DNA from: Candidatus Aenigmatarchaeota archaeon
Lineage (GTDB): Archaea > Aenigmatarchaeota > Aenigmatarchaeia > CG10238-14 > SCSR01
Length of the DNA stretch: 41,085 nucleotides
NCBI GenBank assembly: GCA_038998625.1
Contig: JAWADS010000004.1
Span: forward strand, 1-41,085
Reading direction: 5' to 3'
In this document: one piece after another, positions 9,705 through 18,721 of the stretch
Position numbering within the stretch: the first letter of the stretch is position 1
Layout: the number at the start of each line of letters is the position of its first letter
Notes under the pieces: model-generated
Databases searched by the model: none
What the model was told of the DNA's origin: nothing
The model's input: the letters and a program-made list of their open reading frames with translations, nothing else
Translations under genes and position numbers: made by a program

Positions 9705-10362
9705 CGGAAGAAACATATCTGACCCAGCCTCTACCATCCCTTTCAAATCTTTGTACCTGAGTTGTAAGTTTGCATACAGAAGATAATAACCCTCTTAGTC
9801 CATTTTCTGTTATTCTTAAAGCGATAGCAAGATCTTTATAGCTAATTTCTTTATGTTGCTTTACAATTTCTAAGAGTTCTTTCATCCTTGGTGTAAGTTC
9901 TTTTATTTCTATAGGCAAACTAGGAATTATTGTTGTACTATGCTTAGATTCTGGCAACACTTCAAACAACCGGCCAGATAAAATAATATTTTTTAATGCC
10001 TCAAATCTTTGCTGCTCATTTTCCTCATGTTTTCTTAAAATTTCAATGATTTCTTGCAGTTTTTCTGTAAATTGAACGTTAACCCAGTCTTTTGTTGCCA
10101 TCTGGGCTTCAATCCTAGAAAGACTAACCTCTATTTCTTTTAAAGACCTACCAGTATAGCCAGCAGCAAGCCCTAATTGAAAATAATCTTTTACTAACTC
10201 GGAAGTAGTAGTAGATTCAGTAGGAATAGGCGGAGGTCCTTGAGCGATTTCCGAAGAAATTTCCTCAGGGTCAACGATTGATTGATTGATTGGTGATTGA
10301 TTGATTGATTGATCACTCACTTTTTTTCTAAATAATTTTTTAAATAAACCCAATAACCACAT
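9700..10362 (-). CDS. Hypothetical protein: N-terminal amphipathic helix, low-complexity linker, coiled coil, C-terminal wHTH
   Basis: MWLLGLFKKLFRKK start; heptad region; LTPRMKELLEIV..ISYKDLAIALRITENGLRGLLS..GRGWVRY wHTH-like end. Confidence 0.7.
   Translation of the reverse strand: MWLLGLFKKLFRKKVSDQSINQSPINQSIVDPEEISSEIAQGPPPIPTESTTTSELVKDYFQLGLAAGYTGRSLKEIEVSLSRIEAQMATKDWVNVQFTEKLQEIIEILRKHEENEQQRFEALKNIILSGRLFEVLPESKHSTTIIPSLPIEIKELTPRMKELLEIVKQHKEISYKDLAIALRITENGLRGLLSSVCKLTTQVQRFERDGRGWVRYVSSG
10277..10311 (-). repeat. (CAAT)4-CAC-(CAAT)4 tetranucleotide microsatellite in the 5' coding region
   Basis: + strand reads (attg)4 gtg (attg)4; encodes QSINQSPINQSI. Confidence 0.9.
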
Positions 10363-10471
10363 ATTGACCTATTAACTTATTGAAAAAATACACTTATAAT
10401 CTTTTGCTATTTTGATATCAAACTCTCACTCTAAGAAAAAATGTTATTTTACCTAAAAAAAGAAGAGCGAA

Positions 10472-10508
10472 TTTTTTAAAATTTTAAAAAAATGTTATAT
10501 ATATAACA
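10472..10508. repeat. Two adjacent perfect AT-rich palindromes
   Basis: TTTTTTAAAATTTTAAAAAA (10472-10491) and TGTTATATATATAACA (10493-10508). Confidence 0.6.
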
Positions 10509-10538
10509 AAATTTATTTTAAATCTGCATAAACTATAG

Positions 10539-10933
10539 TATACACACAAAAATATATTTCAAAAAATATAAGTTAATCTTTTTAATTTCATAAAAAAGCT
10601 TGTATATCTTTGCTGTAAGGCTCAAAACCTAATTTTTTTAAAAAAGAGTCTATTTTTTCTCTCTCTTCCCTTACAATTTTTTCACTTTTTCTTAAAACTG
10701 AATGTTTAAAGTAATAACAAGCCCTTTTTCTTTCTTCGTAAATCGCAAAATGGTCTACTGGATATTCATCATCATTTATAATTATTATGAATGGTTCAGT
10801 AGTTATGAGTTCATAATTTTTAACATGTTTCTTTAATTCAGCAAGTAATCTTTCCACACTCATAAACTAAAAATAGACTTAAAGCTTAAATAAGTAAAAT
10901 TATACTCACAAAAATATATTTTGGAGAATATAA
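10539..10933 (+). repeat. Imperfect 33-bp direct repeats (10539-10571 and 10901-10933) flanking ORF 10588-10863
   Basis: tatacacacaaaaatatatttcaaaaaatataa vs tatactcacaaaaatatattttggagaatataa, 28/33 identical. Confidence 0.6.
10588..10863 (-). CDS. Hypothetical protein
   Basis: 91-aa ATG ORF with protein-like composition; no recognised motif. Confidence 0.6.
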   Translation of the reverse strand: MSVERLLAELKKHVKNYELITTEPFIIIINDDEYPVDHFAIYEERKRACYYFKHSVLRKSEKIVREEREKIDSFLKKLGFEPYSKDIQAFL

Positions 10934-10942
10934 ATATCTTTA

Positions 10943-10983
10943 AAAGAATATACGCTGGCTTAGTAGGCCAGTGTATATTTTTT
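10943..10983. promoter_or_regulatory. Inverted repeat (13-17 bp arms, 7-bp spacer); candidate tyrosine-recombinase core site
   Basis: AATATACGCTGGC-TTAGTAG-GCCAGTGTATATT (12/13 match), 20 bp upstream of the recombinase ATG. Confidence 0.55.
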
Positions 10984-11003
10984 ACTAAAATCAAATATTT
11001 ATT

Positions 11004-11816
11004 ATGCAAAAAAGCTTAGAAATCGAGTGGAAAGAATTTGCTGAATTCTGCTCACTTAAATCAAAAAATAGAGCTCATATAAATAATTTAGTAAATTATG
11101 CGAAAAAATATCATGAATTAATTTTCTTAAATCCTTTAAAGTTTGCATTAAAGTTTAAAGAAATTTCTCAACAGAAAAAATCTTTAAAAAGACACATACT
11201 GCAAGCTCTAGCAGCTTTTGCAAAATATCTGGACTTAAAATATAACACCAACGAATATTATGAAAAATTTAAAGAATTAAGATCTAAAGCTGGAATTAGC
11301 TGGGCTGAAGAGAAAGTCCCACAATTTTTAGTAAACGAGATTTCCAAAGAAAAAATTTTAGAAATAATAAAATCTATAGAAGAAGAAAGATTGAAAGCAA
11401 CCTCACTTTTACATCTGCTAACTGGTTTAAGAACATCAGAAGTTTTTTATCTTGTCAAAAATTTTGATAGGTTGAAAAAATCAGAGAATGAAAAGGGTTT
11501 TATAGTTGAGTTAGCTTATTTGAGGAAAACAAAAAAAGTTTTTGTAACATTTTTACATAGGGATGCAACAAATCTAATAAAAAAAGCTTTTAGAAGTAAG
11601 AGAAGTTATTGGAAAAATTTAAAAAAGTATGGATTAAAACCTTATGATTTTAGAAGAATTTTTGAATCTGTTTACAGTAATTTGAGAAGTCATGAGGTAG
11701 ATTTGCTTCAAGGTAGACTTAGTACAGAATTAACAATTCACTACACAAGGGATATTTCTTCTATAGCTGAAAGAATTTTTAGTACACAGGAAAAAATTTT
11801 AAAAAGTATAATATAA
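11004..11816 (+). CDS. Tyrosine recombinase/integrase, archaeal SSV1/pTN3-like family
   Basis: TGLRTSE (R), RKTKK (K), YDFRR (xxxR), DLLQGR and TIHY (Y) catalytic motifs. Confidence 0.88.
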   Translation: MQKSLEIEWKEFAEFCSLKSKNRAHINNLVNYAKKYHELIFLNPLKFALKFKEISQQKKSLKRHILQALAAFAKYLDLKYNTNEYYEKFKELRSKAGISWAEEKVPQFLVNEISKEKILEIIKSIEEERLKATSLLHLLTGLRTSEVFYLVKNFDRLKKSENEKGFIVELAYLRKTKKVFVTFLHRDATNLIKKAFRSKRSYWKNLKKYGLKPYDFRRIFESVYSNLRSHEVDLLQGRLSTELTIHYTRDISSIAERIFSTQEKILKSII

Positions 11817-11900
11817 AACAAAATAGAGTTAAGATTAAAAAAATAAAATGCTGCTGCTCTAAAAACAATTCGTGAACTTTTGTTAATATGCAGAATTAAT

Positions 11901-12044
11901 TCACAAAATTTCTACATCTTCACTTCCACATTTTGGGCAAGAAGAATGTTCATCACTACTGTAATAAATACCACAATTCAAACAGTGGAAATCCTTTACA
12001 TCTAGCGCTTTCAAAAATTCATCTCCTAAATCTTCCAAATCCAT
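11901..12044 (-). CDS. Small acidic Zn-ribbon protein (47 aa)
   Basis: Hand-translated MDLEDLGDEFLKALDVKDFHCLNCGIYYSSDEHSSCPKCGSEDVEIL*. Confidence 0.65.
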   Translation of the reverse strand: MDLEDLGDEFLKALDVKDFHCLNCGIYYSSDEHSSCPKCGSEDVEIL

Positions 12045-12208
12045 TTTTTACCAACAATAAAAAGAATAATAGCTAACTATTTAAATTTTATCCAAAATTT
12101 TTAAAGTTCAAATCAAGAAAAACTAATTTTTTTAATTATTCTTAAGCTGTTGATAAGTCTTCTTATTTACTTCTTCAATAATAAAAAAATTTATAATTAA
12201 ATTTTGTC

Positions 12209-12502
12209 TTAGCTTCCTCTTTCTTTCAGCTTAGAAAGTTTACTTAAAATGTTTTCTAATGCATGGGAAATATCTTCTCCCAAGCTTGTTAACCTTACAA
12301 TTTTTATTCTACCTTTTTTTTCAAAATCTACTAAGCCCATATCATTGAATAAGTCTAACAGTTTTACAGTATGAGAATAAGTTATGTTGGATTCTCTCGC
12401 TAATAAGGTTGTATATTTTGGTCCGCCACGTAGGCTAACGAGAATTTTCACTGGTTTTGTTCTCAAAAAAAGTTTAGGACCAAATTTTTCTTTCAGTGCC
12501 AA
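12209..12502 (-). CDS. Winged-helix (MarR-like) DNA-binding protein
   Basis: YTTLLARESNITYSHTVKLL..GLV..KKGRIKIVRLTSLG. Confidence 0.85.
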   Translation of the reverse strand: MALKEKFGPKLFLRTKPVKILVSLRGGPKYTTLLARESNITYSHTVKLLDLFNDMGLVDFEKKGRIKIVRLTSLGEDISHALENILSKLSKLKERGS

Positions 12503-12623
12503 TTATTTGCACCTTATTATATTTTTTACTAGCACATATTTATATATTTTAAAATATAAATTGAGGAAAAAATTTTACAACAAAATTTTATTTTTTATTA
12601 ACTTCAACAAGAATTTATTCAGT

Positions 12624-14288
12624 ATGAAAGATCTATTTTTGAAATATGCCTTATTGAATGCTGTAGAACATGGAGGAAAAGCCAATTTACAAGCAGTTAT
12701 AGGCAAAGTTATAGCAGAAAATCCCAATCTAAAAGAAAGAGTAAAAGAAGTTATTCCTGAAATAAAAAAAATTATAGAAGAAGTTAATGCTTTGAGTTTA
12801 GAAGAGCAAAAAAATAGATTAAAAGAATTGAAAATTGAAATAAAAAAAGAAAAAATTGAAGAAAAATTGGAACTTCCTGAATTAATTAATGCTAAAGAAG
12901 GTAAAGTTGTTTTAAGACTTGCACCGTTTCCAGATGCTCCACTTCATATAGGGCAAGCAAGGATGGTTATTCTAAATGATTATTATGCAAAAAAATATAA
13001 AGGCAAGCTGTATCTCGTAATGGATGATACTATAGGTAGTGAAGAAAAAAGTGTTGATCCTAAAGCTTACAAATGGATTTTAGAAGATTTAAAATGGTTG
13101 GGCATAAAACCTGATAAAATTTTTTACAAATCTGATAGGCTGAAAAAATATTATGAAGTAAGTGAGCTTCTAATAAAAAAAGGTTATGCTTATGTTTGTT
13201 TTTGTGATACCGAAACTTTGAGAAAAAACAGGAGAGAGGGGATTGCTTGCGAACACAGGAATCATAGTATAGAAGAAAATCTAAGATTTTGGAAAGAAAT
13301 GTTAAAAGGGAAGTATAAAGAAGGAGAGGCAGTTTTAAGATTGAAGACAGATATGAGACATCCCAATCCGGCTTTCAGGGATAGGGTTTTATTTAGAATA
13401 GTTGAAAGGAAACATCCAAGAGTTGGATTAAAATATAAAGTGTGGCCCCTCTTAGAATTCTCATGGGCTGTTGATGACTATTATCTTGGCATAACTCACA
13501 TCATCAGAGGGAAAGATTTGATTATGGAAGATTTAATGGAAGACTTTATATGGCAAGCTTTGGGTTGGAAAAAATCATATTTTATTCATTATGGCCTTTT
13601 TACCATAAAAGAAGTTGGAAAAATTAGTAAAACAAAAATTAGAAAGGCAATAGAAAGGAAAGAATATTCTGGTTGGGACGATCCTAGAACTTGGACCTTG
13701 CTATCACTTAAAAAAAGAGGAATTCAACCCGAAGCCATAAGAAACTTTATTTTGAGAATGGGTTTGAGTGAAGCAGATATAACAATACCTGTAGAGATTC
13801 TTTATTCAGAAAATAGAAAAATTATCGACTCTAAAGCGAATAGATATTTCGCAGTATTAAATCCAATAAAAATAAAGATAAAAGATTTGGTAATTGATGA
13901 AATAAAAATTTCTCTCCATCCAGATTTTCCTAATAGAGGATATAGAAAGATTCCAATAGATAAAAATAAAATCTATATTGAAAGCGAAGATTTTGAAAAA
14001 TTTGAAGATAAAAATATTGGATTAGCTTATTTAGCTACAATAAACCTTTCAAAAACTCCAAAATTTATATCAAAAAACATTCCTTTAGAATTGCAAAAAA
14101 TACATTGGGTATCCGAACCCCATGAAAAAATAAAAATTTTAATGCCAAATGGTGAAATAAAAACAGCAATTGCAGAGCCTGATATTAAAAAGGTTAAAGT
14201 TAACCAATTAATTCAATTGTTTAGAATAGGTTTTTGTAGGGTAGATAAAGTTGGAAGGGAAATCATTTTATACTATGCGCATAAATAA
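12624..14288 (+). CDS. gltX: Glutamate--tRNA ligase (archaeal)
   Basis: RLAPFPDAPLHIGQ (HIGH), RDRVLFR, THIIRGKD, KISKT, GWDDPR; probable ATG at 12624. Confidence 0.97.
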   Translation: MKDLFLKYALLNAVEHGGKANLQAVIGKVIAENPNLKERVKEVIPEIKKIIEEVNALSLEEQKNRLKELKIEIKKEKIEEKLELPELINAKEGKVVLRLAPFPDAPLHIGQARMVILNDYYAKKYKGKLYLVMDDTIGSEEKSVDPKAYKWILEDLKWLGIKPDKIFYKSDRLKKYYEVSELLIKKGYAYVCFCDTETLRKNRREGIACEHRNHSIEENLRFWKEMLKGKYKEGEAVLRLKTDMRHPNPAFRDRVLFRIVERKHPRVGLKYKVWPLLEFSWAVDDYYLGITHIIRGKDLIMEDLMEDFIWQALGWKKSYFIHYGLFTIKEVGKISKTKIRKAIERKEYSGWDDPRTWTLLSLKKRGIQPEAIRNFILRMGLSEADITIPVEILYSENRKIIDSKANRYFAVLNPIKIKIKDLVIDEIKISLHPDFPNRGYRKIPIDKNKIYIESEDFEKFEDKNIGLAYLATINLSKTPKFISKNIPLELQKIHWVSEPHEKIKILMPNGEIKTAIAEPDIKKVKVNQLIQLFRIGFCRVDKVGREIILYYAHK

Positions 14289-14301
14289 AAAATAAAAGGA
14301 T

Positions 14302-14682
14302 GTGGTAGAAATGCCGAAAAGTTATGTAAAATTTGAAGTGCCAAATGAATTAAATGATAAAGTATTACAGCTTGTGGAAACTGCTAGAAATACAGGTAAA
14401 ATTAGAAAGGGGGTTAATGAAACAACAAAGGCAGTAGAAAAAGGATTAGCTAAATTGGTTATAATAGCAGAAGATGTTGACCCCGAAGAGATTGTTATGC
14501 ATTTGCCTAGCCTATGTGAAGAGAAAAAAGTTCCTTATGTTTATGTAAAAAATAAACAAGATTTGGGCAGAGCTAGTGGGATAGATGTCGCGGCTTCAGC
14601 TGCTGCCATATTAGATCCTGGGGAGGGAAAGAACCTTTTAAAGGAAATTGAGAAAAGTATTGAAATGCTTTTACAAAAATAA
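14302..14682 (+). CDS. rpl7ae: Ribosomal protein L7Ae
   Basis: [29 protein letters not shown]. Confidence 0.98.
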   Translation: MVEMPKSYVKFEVPNELNDKVLQLVETARNTGKIRKGVNETTKAVEKGLAKLVIIAEDVDPEEIVMHLPSLCEEKKVPYVYVKNKQDLGRASGIDVAASAAAILDPGEGKNLLKEIEKSIEMLLQK

Positions 14683-14709
14683 TTTTTATAAATTAAAGGG
14701 AAGATAAAA

Positions 14710-14919
14710 ATGGCGCAAGATGCTTATCCAGCAGAAGTATTACAAATATTAGGTAGAACTGGAGTTAGGGGAATTGCCCAAGTTCGTTGTAAAGTTTTGG
14801 AAGGCCCAGATAAAGGAAAAATTTTAATAAGGAACGTTATAGGGCCTGTTAGGGTAAAAGATATTCTTATGTTAAGAGAAACTGAAATGGAAACTGCAAT
14901 GAAACTTGAAGAAAGGTAA
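14710..14919 (+). CDS. rps28e: 30S ribosomal protein eS28
   Basis: [25 protein letters not shown]. Confidence 0.96.
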   Translation: MAQDAYPAEVLQILGRTGVRGIAQVRCKVLEGPDKGKILIRNVIGPVRVKDILMLRETEMETAMKLEER

Positions 14920-14925
14920 TTGTAA

Positions 14926-15081
14926 ATGAAATGCTCTTTTTGTGGTAAAACTATACCCAAAGGAAGCGGAAAAATGTTTGTAAAAAATGATGGAAGCATT
15001 CTTTATTTTGACAAAAGTAAATGTGAAAAATATTACTTTATGGGCAAAAATCCAAGAAAATTAAAATGGGTAAAAAAATAA
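14926..15081 (+). CDS. rpl24e: 50S ribosomal protein eL24
   Basis: Hand-translated [51 protein letters not shown]; synteny. Confidence 0.95.
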   Translation: MKCSFCGKTIPKGSGKMFVKNDGSILYFDKSKCEKYYFMGKNPRKLKWVKK

Positions 15082-15105
15082 ATTTAGTTTAAGTTATTTT
15101 TAGAT

Positions 15106-15189
15106 GGGCCGGTAGATCAATGGTAGATCGCCGCTTCGGCAATTATACTGGGTAGGCGGAGGCTCCGGGTTCGAATCCCGGCCGGTCCA
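15106..15189 (+). tRNA. tRNA-Ala(GGC) with 12-nt intron at 37/38 (15142-15153)
   Basis: Acceptor GGGCCGG/CCGGTCC with G3:U70, TTCGAAT T-loop, anticodon GGC 15138-15140, BHB helix TCGG/CTGG. Confidence 0.88.
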
Positions 15190-15351
15190 TTAAGCTTTAA
15201 GTAATAGTATTAAAAAAACATGATGATATAATGCTAAGGTTAGATCCAAAAACTTTAGGATTTCTTGTTAAAAGATTAATGCAACTGAAATTGGGGAAAA
15301 GAAGTTAGAAAAATTAGTTAAAAAAAGTTTATTGATACCTAAAATATACTT

Positions 15352-16182
15352 ATGAGAATTACTAAGTTCATGAAAGCAGTTTTTTATTCTAATCTGAAAA
15401 TATTAGAACGCAATAAAGACTTTCTTATTAGGGGCTTAATTATTATTCTTACTATTCTTTCAATTCTCATAGTAATTTTCTTTTTACCTATAACTTTTCG
15501 AGAAAAATTGGTATTAAATAAATTTAACCCGACTATATGGACTCTCTACACGACAAACTTTGTACATGAAGATTTAGAACATCTTAAATGGAATTTAGTG
15601 GGTTTTGCTACTTTTTCTACTTTGATTCTAATAATTCTTTCGTTATTCAATAGTCCCAAATTTTTCTATAAGATATTACTAATAAATTTGACGGTAGTAC
15701 CAATCTTACTTTCAATTTATTGGATTTTTGTAGAAACTCAAAACCAATACAGTTTAGGTTTTTCTGGAATAGTAGCAAGTATCTTTGGTTCTTTTGTTTT
15801 CTTATATGTAGATTTATTTAGAACAATTAAAGTAAATATAAATTCTCGCTATGCTTTTGTTTGGTTGATTACTTTCGTGGCTTTCGTATTTGCTTTGACA
15901 TATTTTCCTTTTCATAATATCTCGGTCATAATGACTTTAATTATATCTATTTTTTTCTACGCTATCACTATTAAAAATATTCAAATCTTGAATGAAAGAT
16001 TAAACAAAACTTTAGTTGTAATTTCCCTTACTTTGATTATGCCTATTATTTTAGTTTTTTCAAGCCCATTTTTTCCTATAGATATGGCCTCAATAAATAG
16101 AACAAACCTCTATACTCATTTTGGAGGCATTGTTTTTGGAATATTAACTACATTTTTTTTAAAACTTAATTATAATTCTTGA
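15352..16182 (+). CDS. Rhomboid-family intramembrane serine protease
   Basis: Multiple TM segments; H..LEHL.WN, GFSG catalytic Ser, HFGG catalytic His. Confidence 0.8.
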   Translation: MRITKFMKAVFYSNLKILERNKDFLIRGLIIILTILSILIVIFFLPITFREKLVLNKFNPTIWTLYTTNFVHEDLEHLKWNLVGFATFSTLILIILSLFNSPKFFYKILLINLTVVPILLSIYWIFVETQNQYSLGFSGIVASIFGSFVFLYVDLFRTIKVNINSRYAFVWLITFVAFVFALTYFPFHNISVIMTLIISIFFYAITIKNIQILNERLNKTLVVISLTLIMPIILVFSSPFFPIDMASINRTNLYTHFGGIVFGILTTFFLKLNYNS

Positions 16183-16370
16183 GTTGTATTTTAGTTCTAA
16201 ATTTTGTGATAATTTAATCTAATAATAAATAAGTAAGGAAACTTACTATAGTCGGTCTATTTTAAGGGCCATATTATGAACTTTAAGAATTTGTAGAAAG
16301 AAAGGATTTTTCAAACAAAAAACTTTAAAGCTATTTTCTTCAATATCTATACTTATCTTAAGGGGATTAA

Positions 16371-16964
16371 ATGGGAACTACAAGACCTAAAGACGAATAT
16401 AAAGAGAAATTAAAAGAAGAAGAGAAGAAGAAAATAACAGAAAAACAAATAAAGGTTGAGAAAGCAAAAGTTGAACCTAAAACAATAGTTAGGATAGTTA
16501 ATACAGATTTAGAGGGAGAAAAACCAACAGTTCATGCGATAACAAAGATAAAAGGTGTTGGATATACCTTTGCAAGGGCTGTAGTAAAAGCTGCAGGATT
16601 AGAACCTAAAAGGAAACTTAGTTTGTTGAAAGAAGAAGAAATCAAAAAATTAGAAGACGTTATAAAAAATCCGCAAAAATATGGAATACCATCTTATTTA
16701 TTCAACCGACAAAAAGATAGAGAGAGTGGTAAGGATATTCATTTAACTTCTTCAGATTTAGATATTGCAAGAAAATTCGATATACAAAGATACATTGACA
16801 TAAAAACTTATAGAGGTTGGAGACATATGTTAGGTCAGCCCGTTAGAGGACAAAGAACTAGAAGTCAATTTAGAGAAAGAGGTAGAGTTGTTGGTGTTAT
16901 GAGAAAGGCTGTAAGGATTCAGGCCCAGAAGACTTCGGCTGGAGAGAAGCAAAAAGGTGGTTAA
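16371..16964 (+). CDS. rps13: 30S ribosomal protein uS13 (Lys/Glu-rich N-terminal extension)
   Basis: IKGVG, YRGWRH..GQPVRGQRTR. Confidence 0.97.
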   Translation: MGTTRPKDEYKEKLKEEEKKKITEKQIKVEKAKVEPKTIVRIVNTDLEGEKPTVHAITKIKGVGYTFARAVVKAAGLEPKRKLSLLKEEEIKKLEDVIKNPQKYGIPSYLFNRQKDRESGKDIHLTSSDLDIARKFDIQRYIDIKTYRGWRHMLGQPVRGQRTRSQFRERGRVVGVMRKAVRIQAQKTSAGEKQKGG

Positions 16965-17438
16965 TTGAAAAGACAGAGAAGAAAATATGAAAAACCAAAG
17001 CGCCCTTTTGATAAAGATAGATTAGAAAAGGAAAAAGAATTAATGAATAAATATGGCTTAAAGAAAAAACAAGAACTTTGGAGGGCTGAAGCTTTACTAA
17101 GAAAATTTAGAAGATTAGCACGACAGCTTGCCTCTAAGAGGAATAAAGAATTAGAAAAGGTTTTGCTTGAAAAATTAGATAGATTGGGAATTTTAATCAA
17201 CGGCAAAAGTTTAGATGATGTATTAAGTTTAACTGTTGAAAATATCTTGGATAGGAGATTACAAACCATTGTTTTCAAAAAAGGTTTTGCAAATACTATA
17301 AAACAAGCTAGGCAACTCATTGCCCATGGTCATGTATTAATTGAAAATAGAAAAGTTAATTTTCCTAGTTATTTAGTGAAAAAGGATGAAGAAGATAAAA
17401 TACAAATTAATATACCAATTCAACTAAAGGCGAAGTAA
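16965..17438 (+). CDS. rps4: 30S ribosomal protein uS4
   Basis: [30 protein letters not shown] start. Confidence 0.96.
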   Translation: MKRQRRKYEKPKRPFDKDRLEKEKELMNKYGLKKKQELWRAEALLRKFRRLARQLASKRNKELEKVLLEKLDRLGILINGKSLDDVLSLTVENILDRRLQTIVFKKGFANTIKQARQLIAHGHVLIENRKVNFPSYLVKKDEEDKIQINIPIQLKAK

Positions 17439-17439
17439 A

Positions 17440-17853
17440 ATGGAAGGTCAAAAAACTGAAACAAAAAAAGAAGAAAGATGGGGAATAGCCCATATTTTTA
17501 GTACTGCTAATAATACTATTGTCCATATAACTGACATCACTGGGGGCGAAACCATCGCAAGGGCTTCTGGTGGAATGATGACTGATAAAGATAGAGAAGA
17601 AGGAATGCCCTTTCCAGCAATGCTAGCTGCAAAAAAAGCTGCAGAAGAAGCCATAGCAAGAGGTATTACTGGTGTGCATATTAGAGTTAGAGCCGCTGGT
17701 GGAACAAAATCTAAATCCCCAGGGCCAGGGGCACAACCTGCAATAAGAGCTTTGGCAAGGGCGGGCTTAAAAATTGGAATTATTGAAGATGTGACGCCAA
17801 TTGGACATGGGAAAATGAAAAGCAAAGGTGGAAGAAGAGGAAGACGTGTCTAA
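17440..17853 (+). CDS. rps11: 30S ribosomal protein uS11
   Basis: [37 protein letters not shown]. Confidence 0.98.
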   Translation: MEGQKTETKKEERWGIAHIFSTANNTIVHITDITGGETIARASGGMMTDKDREEGMPFPAMLAAKKAAEEAIARGITGVHIRVRAAGGTKSKSPGPGAQPAIRALARAGLKIGIIEDVTPIGHGKMKSKGGRRGRRV

Positions 17854-17905
17854 GGATAAACTTAAATTATTTGAAAAAATATAAGTATAGCTATCTGGAG
17901 ATAAG

Positions 17906-18694
17906 ATGAAAATAAAAATTTTACAAAAAAATGATTCTGAAATCAAGTTTTTAGTGGAAGGAATTAAACCTGGGTTCGCCTCTGCGTTGAGAAGAATAAT
18001 TATTAGCGAAATGCCAACTATGGCTATCGAGTGGGTTGATTTTAAAAAAAATGATTCTATTGTAAATGATGAAATTATTGCCCATAGGTTGGGGTTGATA
18101 CCATTAACTTTTGATCCAGACGCTTACAATTTAATAAAGGAATGCACATGCAAGGGAAAAGGTTGTAGCAAGTGCCAAGTTAAATTAACTTTAAAGAAAA
18201 AAGGACCTGGAATGGTTTATTCTGGAGATTTGAAATCAACAGCAAAAGATGTTAGACCTATTTATGATAAAATTCCAATTATTGAACTTTTCGAAGGAGA
18301 GGAGCTCCAACTAGAAGCTATAGCACAATTGGGAATTGGTAGGGAGCATGTTAAATGGCAAGGGGGAATTGTTGGATATAAAAATAAAGCCAATATAATT
18401 GTGGGGAAAGAAGTTGAAAGTAAGTTAGAGTATTTAGAAGTTTGCCCAACTAATGTCTTTGATATAGAAAATAATAAGTTAATAACGGCAAGGCCTTTGG
18501 ATTGTATCTTATGCATGCAATGTGTAGAAGCCAGTGGAGGAAAGATTAAAGTAGAACCAATAGAAGATTCATTTATTTTCGATGTTGAAAGTGTATCTGG
18601 ATGGTCTGCAGAAGATTTAATATTGAAATCTATAGAAATTTTAGAAGAAAAGCTGAAAACATTCTTAAAAGAAATCAAAAAATTTAAAATTTAA
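17906..18694 (+). CDS. rpoD: RNA polymerase subunit Rpo3 (D) with Zn and Fe-S motifs
   Basis: ALRR, DEIIAHRLGLIP, CxCxxxxCxxC, CPxxVF..CxxCxxC. Confidence 0.97.
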   Translation: MKIKILQKNDSEIKFLVEGIKPGFASALRRIIISEMPTMAIEWVDFKKNDSIVNDEIIAHRLGLIPLTFDPDAYNLIKECTCKGKGCSKCQVKLTLKKKGPGMVYSGDLKSTAKDVRPIYDKIPIIELFEGEELQLEAIAQLGIGREHVKWQGGIVGYKNKANIIVGKEVESKLEYLEVCPTNVFDIENNKLITARPLDCILCMQCVEASGGKIKVEPIEDSFIFDVESVSGWSAEDLILKSIEILEEKLKTFLKEIKKFKI

Positions 18695-18721
18695 TAATCA
18701 AAGAAAACTCATATCTATATC

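Noticed and set aside
8938..11816. Integron (integrase divergent from small ORFs)
   Set aside because: No RYYYAAC...GTTRRRY attC sites found, and the recombinase lacks the IntI-specific insertion and HxLRH motif.
12384..12623. N-terminal extension of GluRS in the ORF track
   Set aside because: It overlaps the divergent wHTH gene and AT-rich promoter region; homology starts near ATG 12624.
15220..15288. C/D box sRNA (ATGATGA ... CTGA)
   Set aside because: Spacing is long, there are no convincing D'/C' boxes, and the guides are AT-rich.
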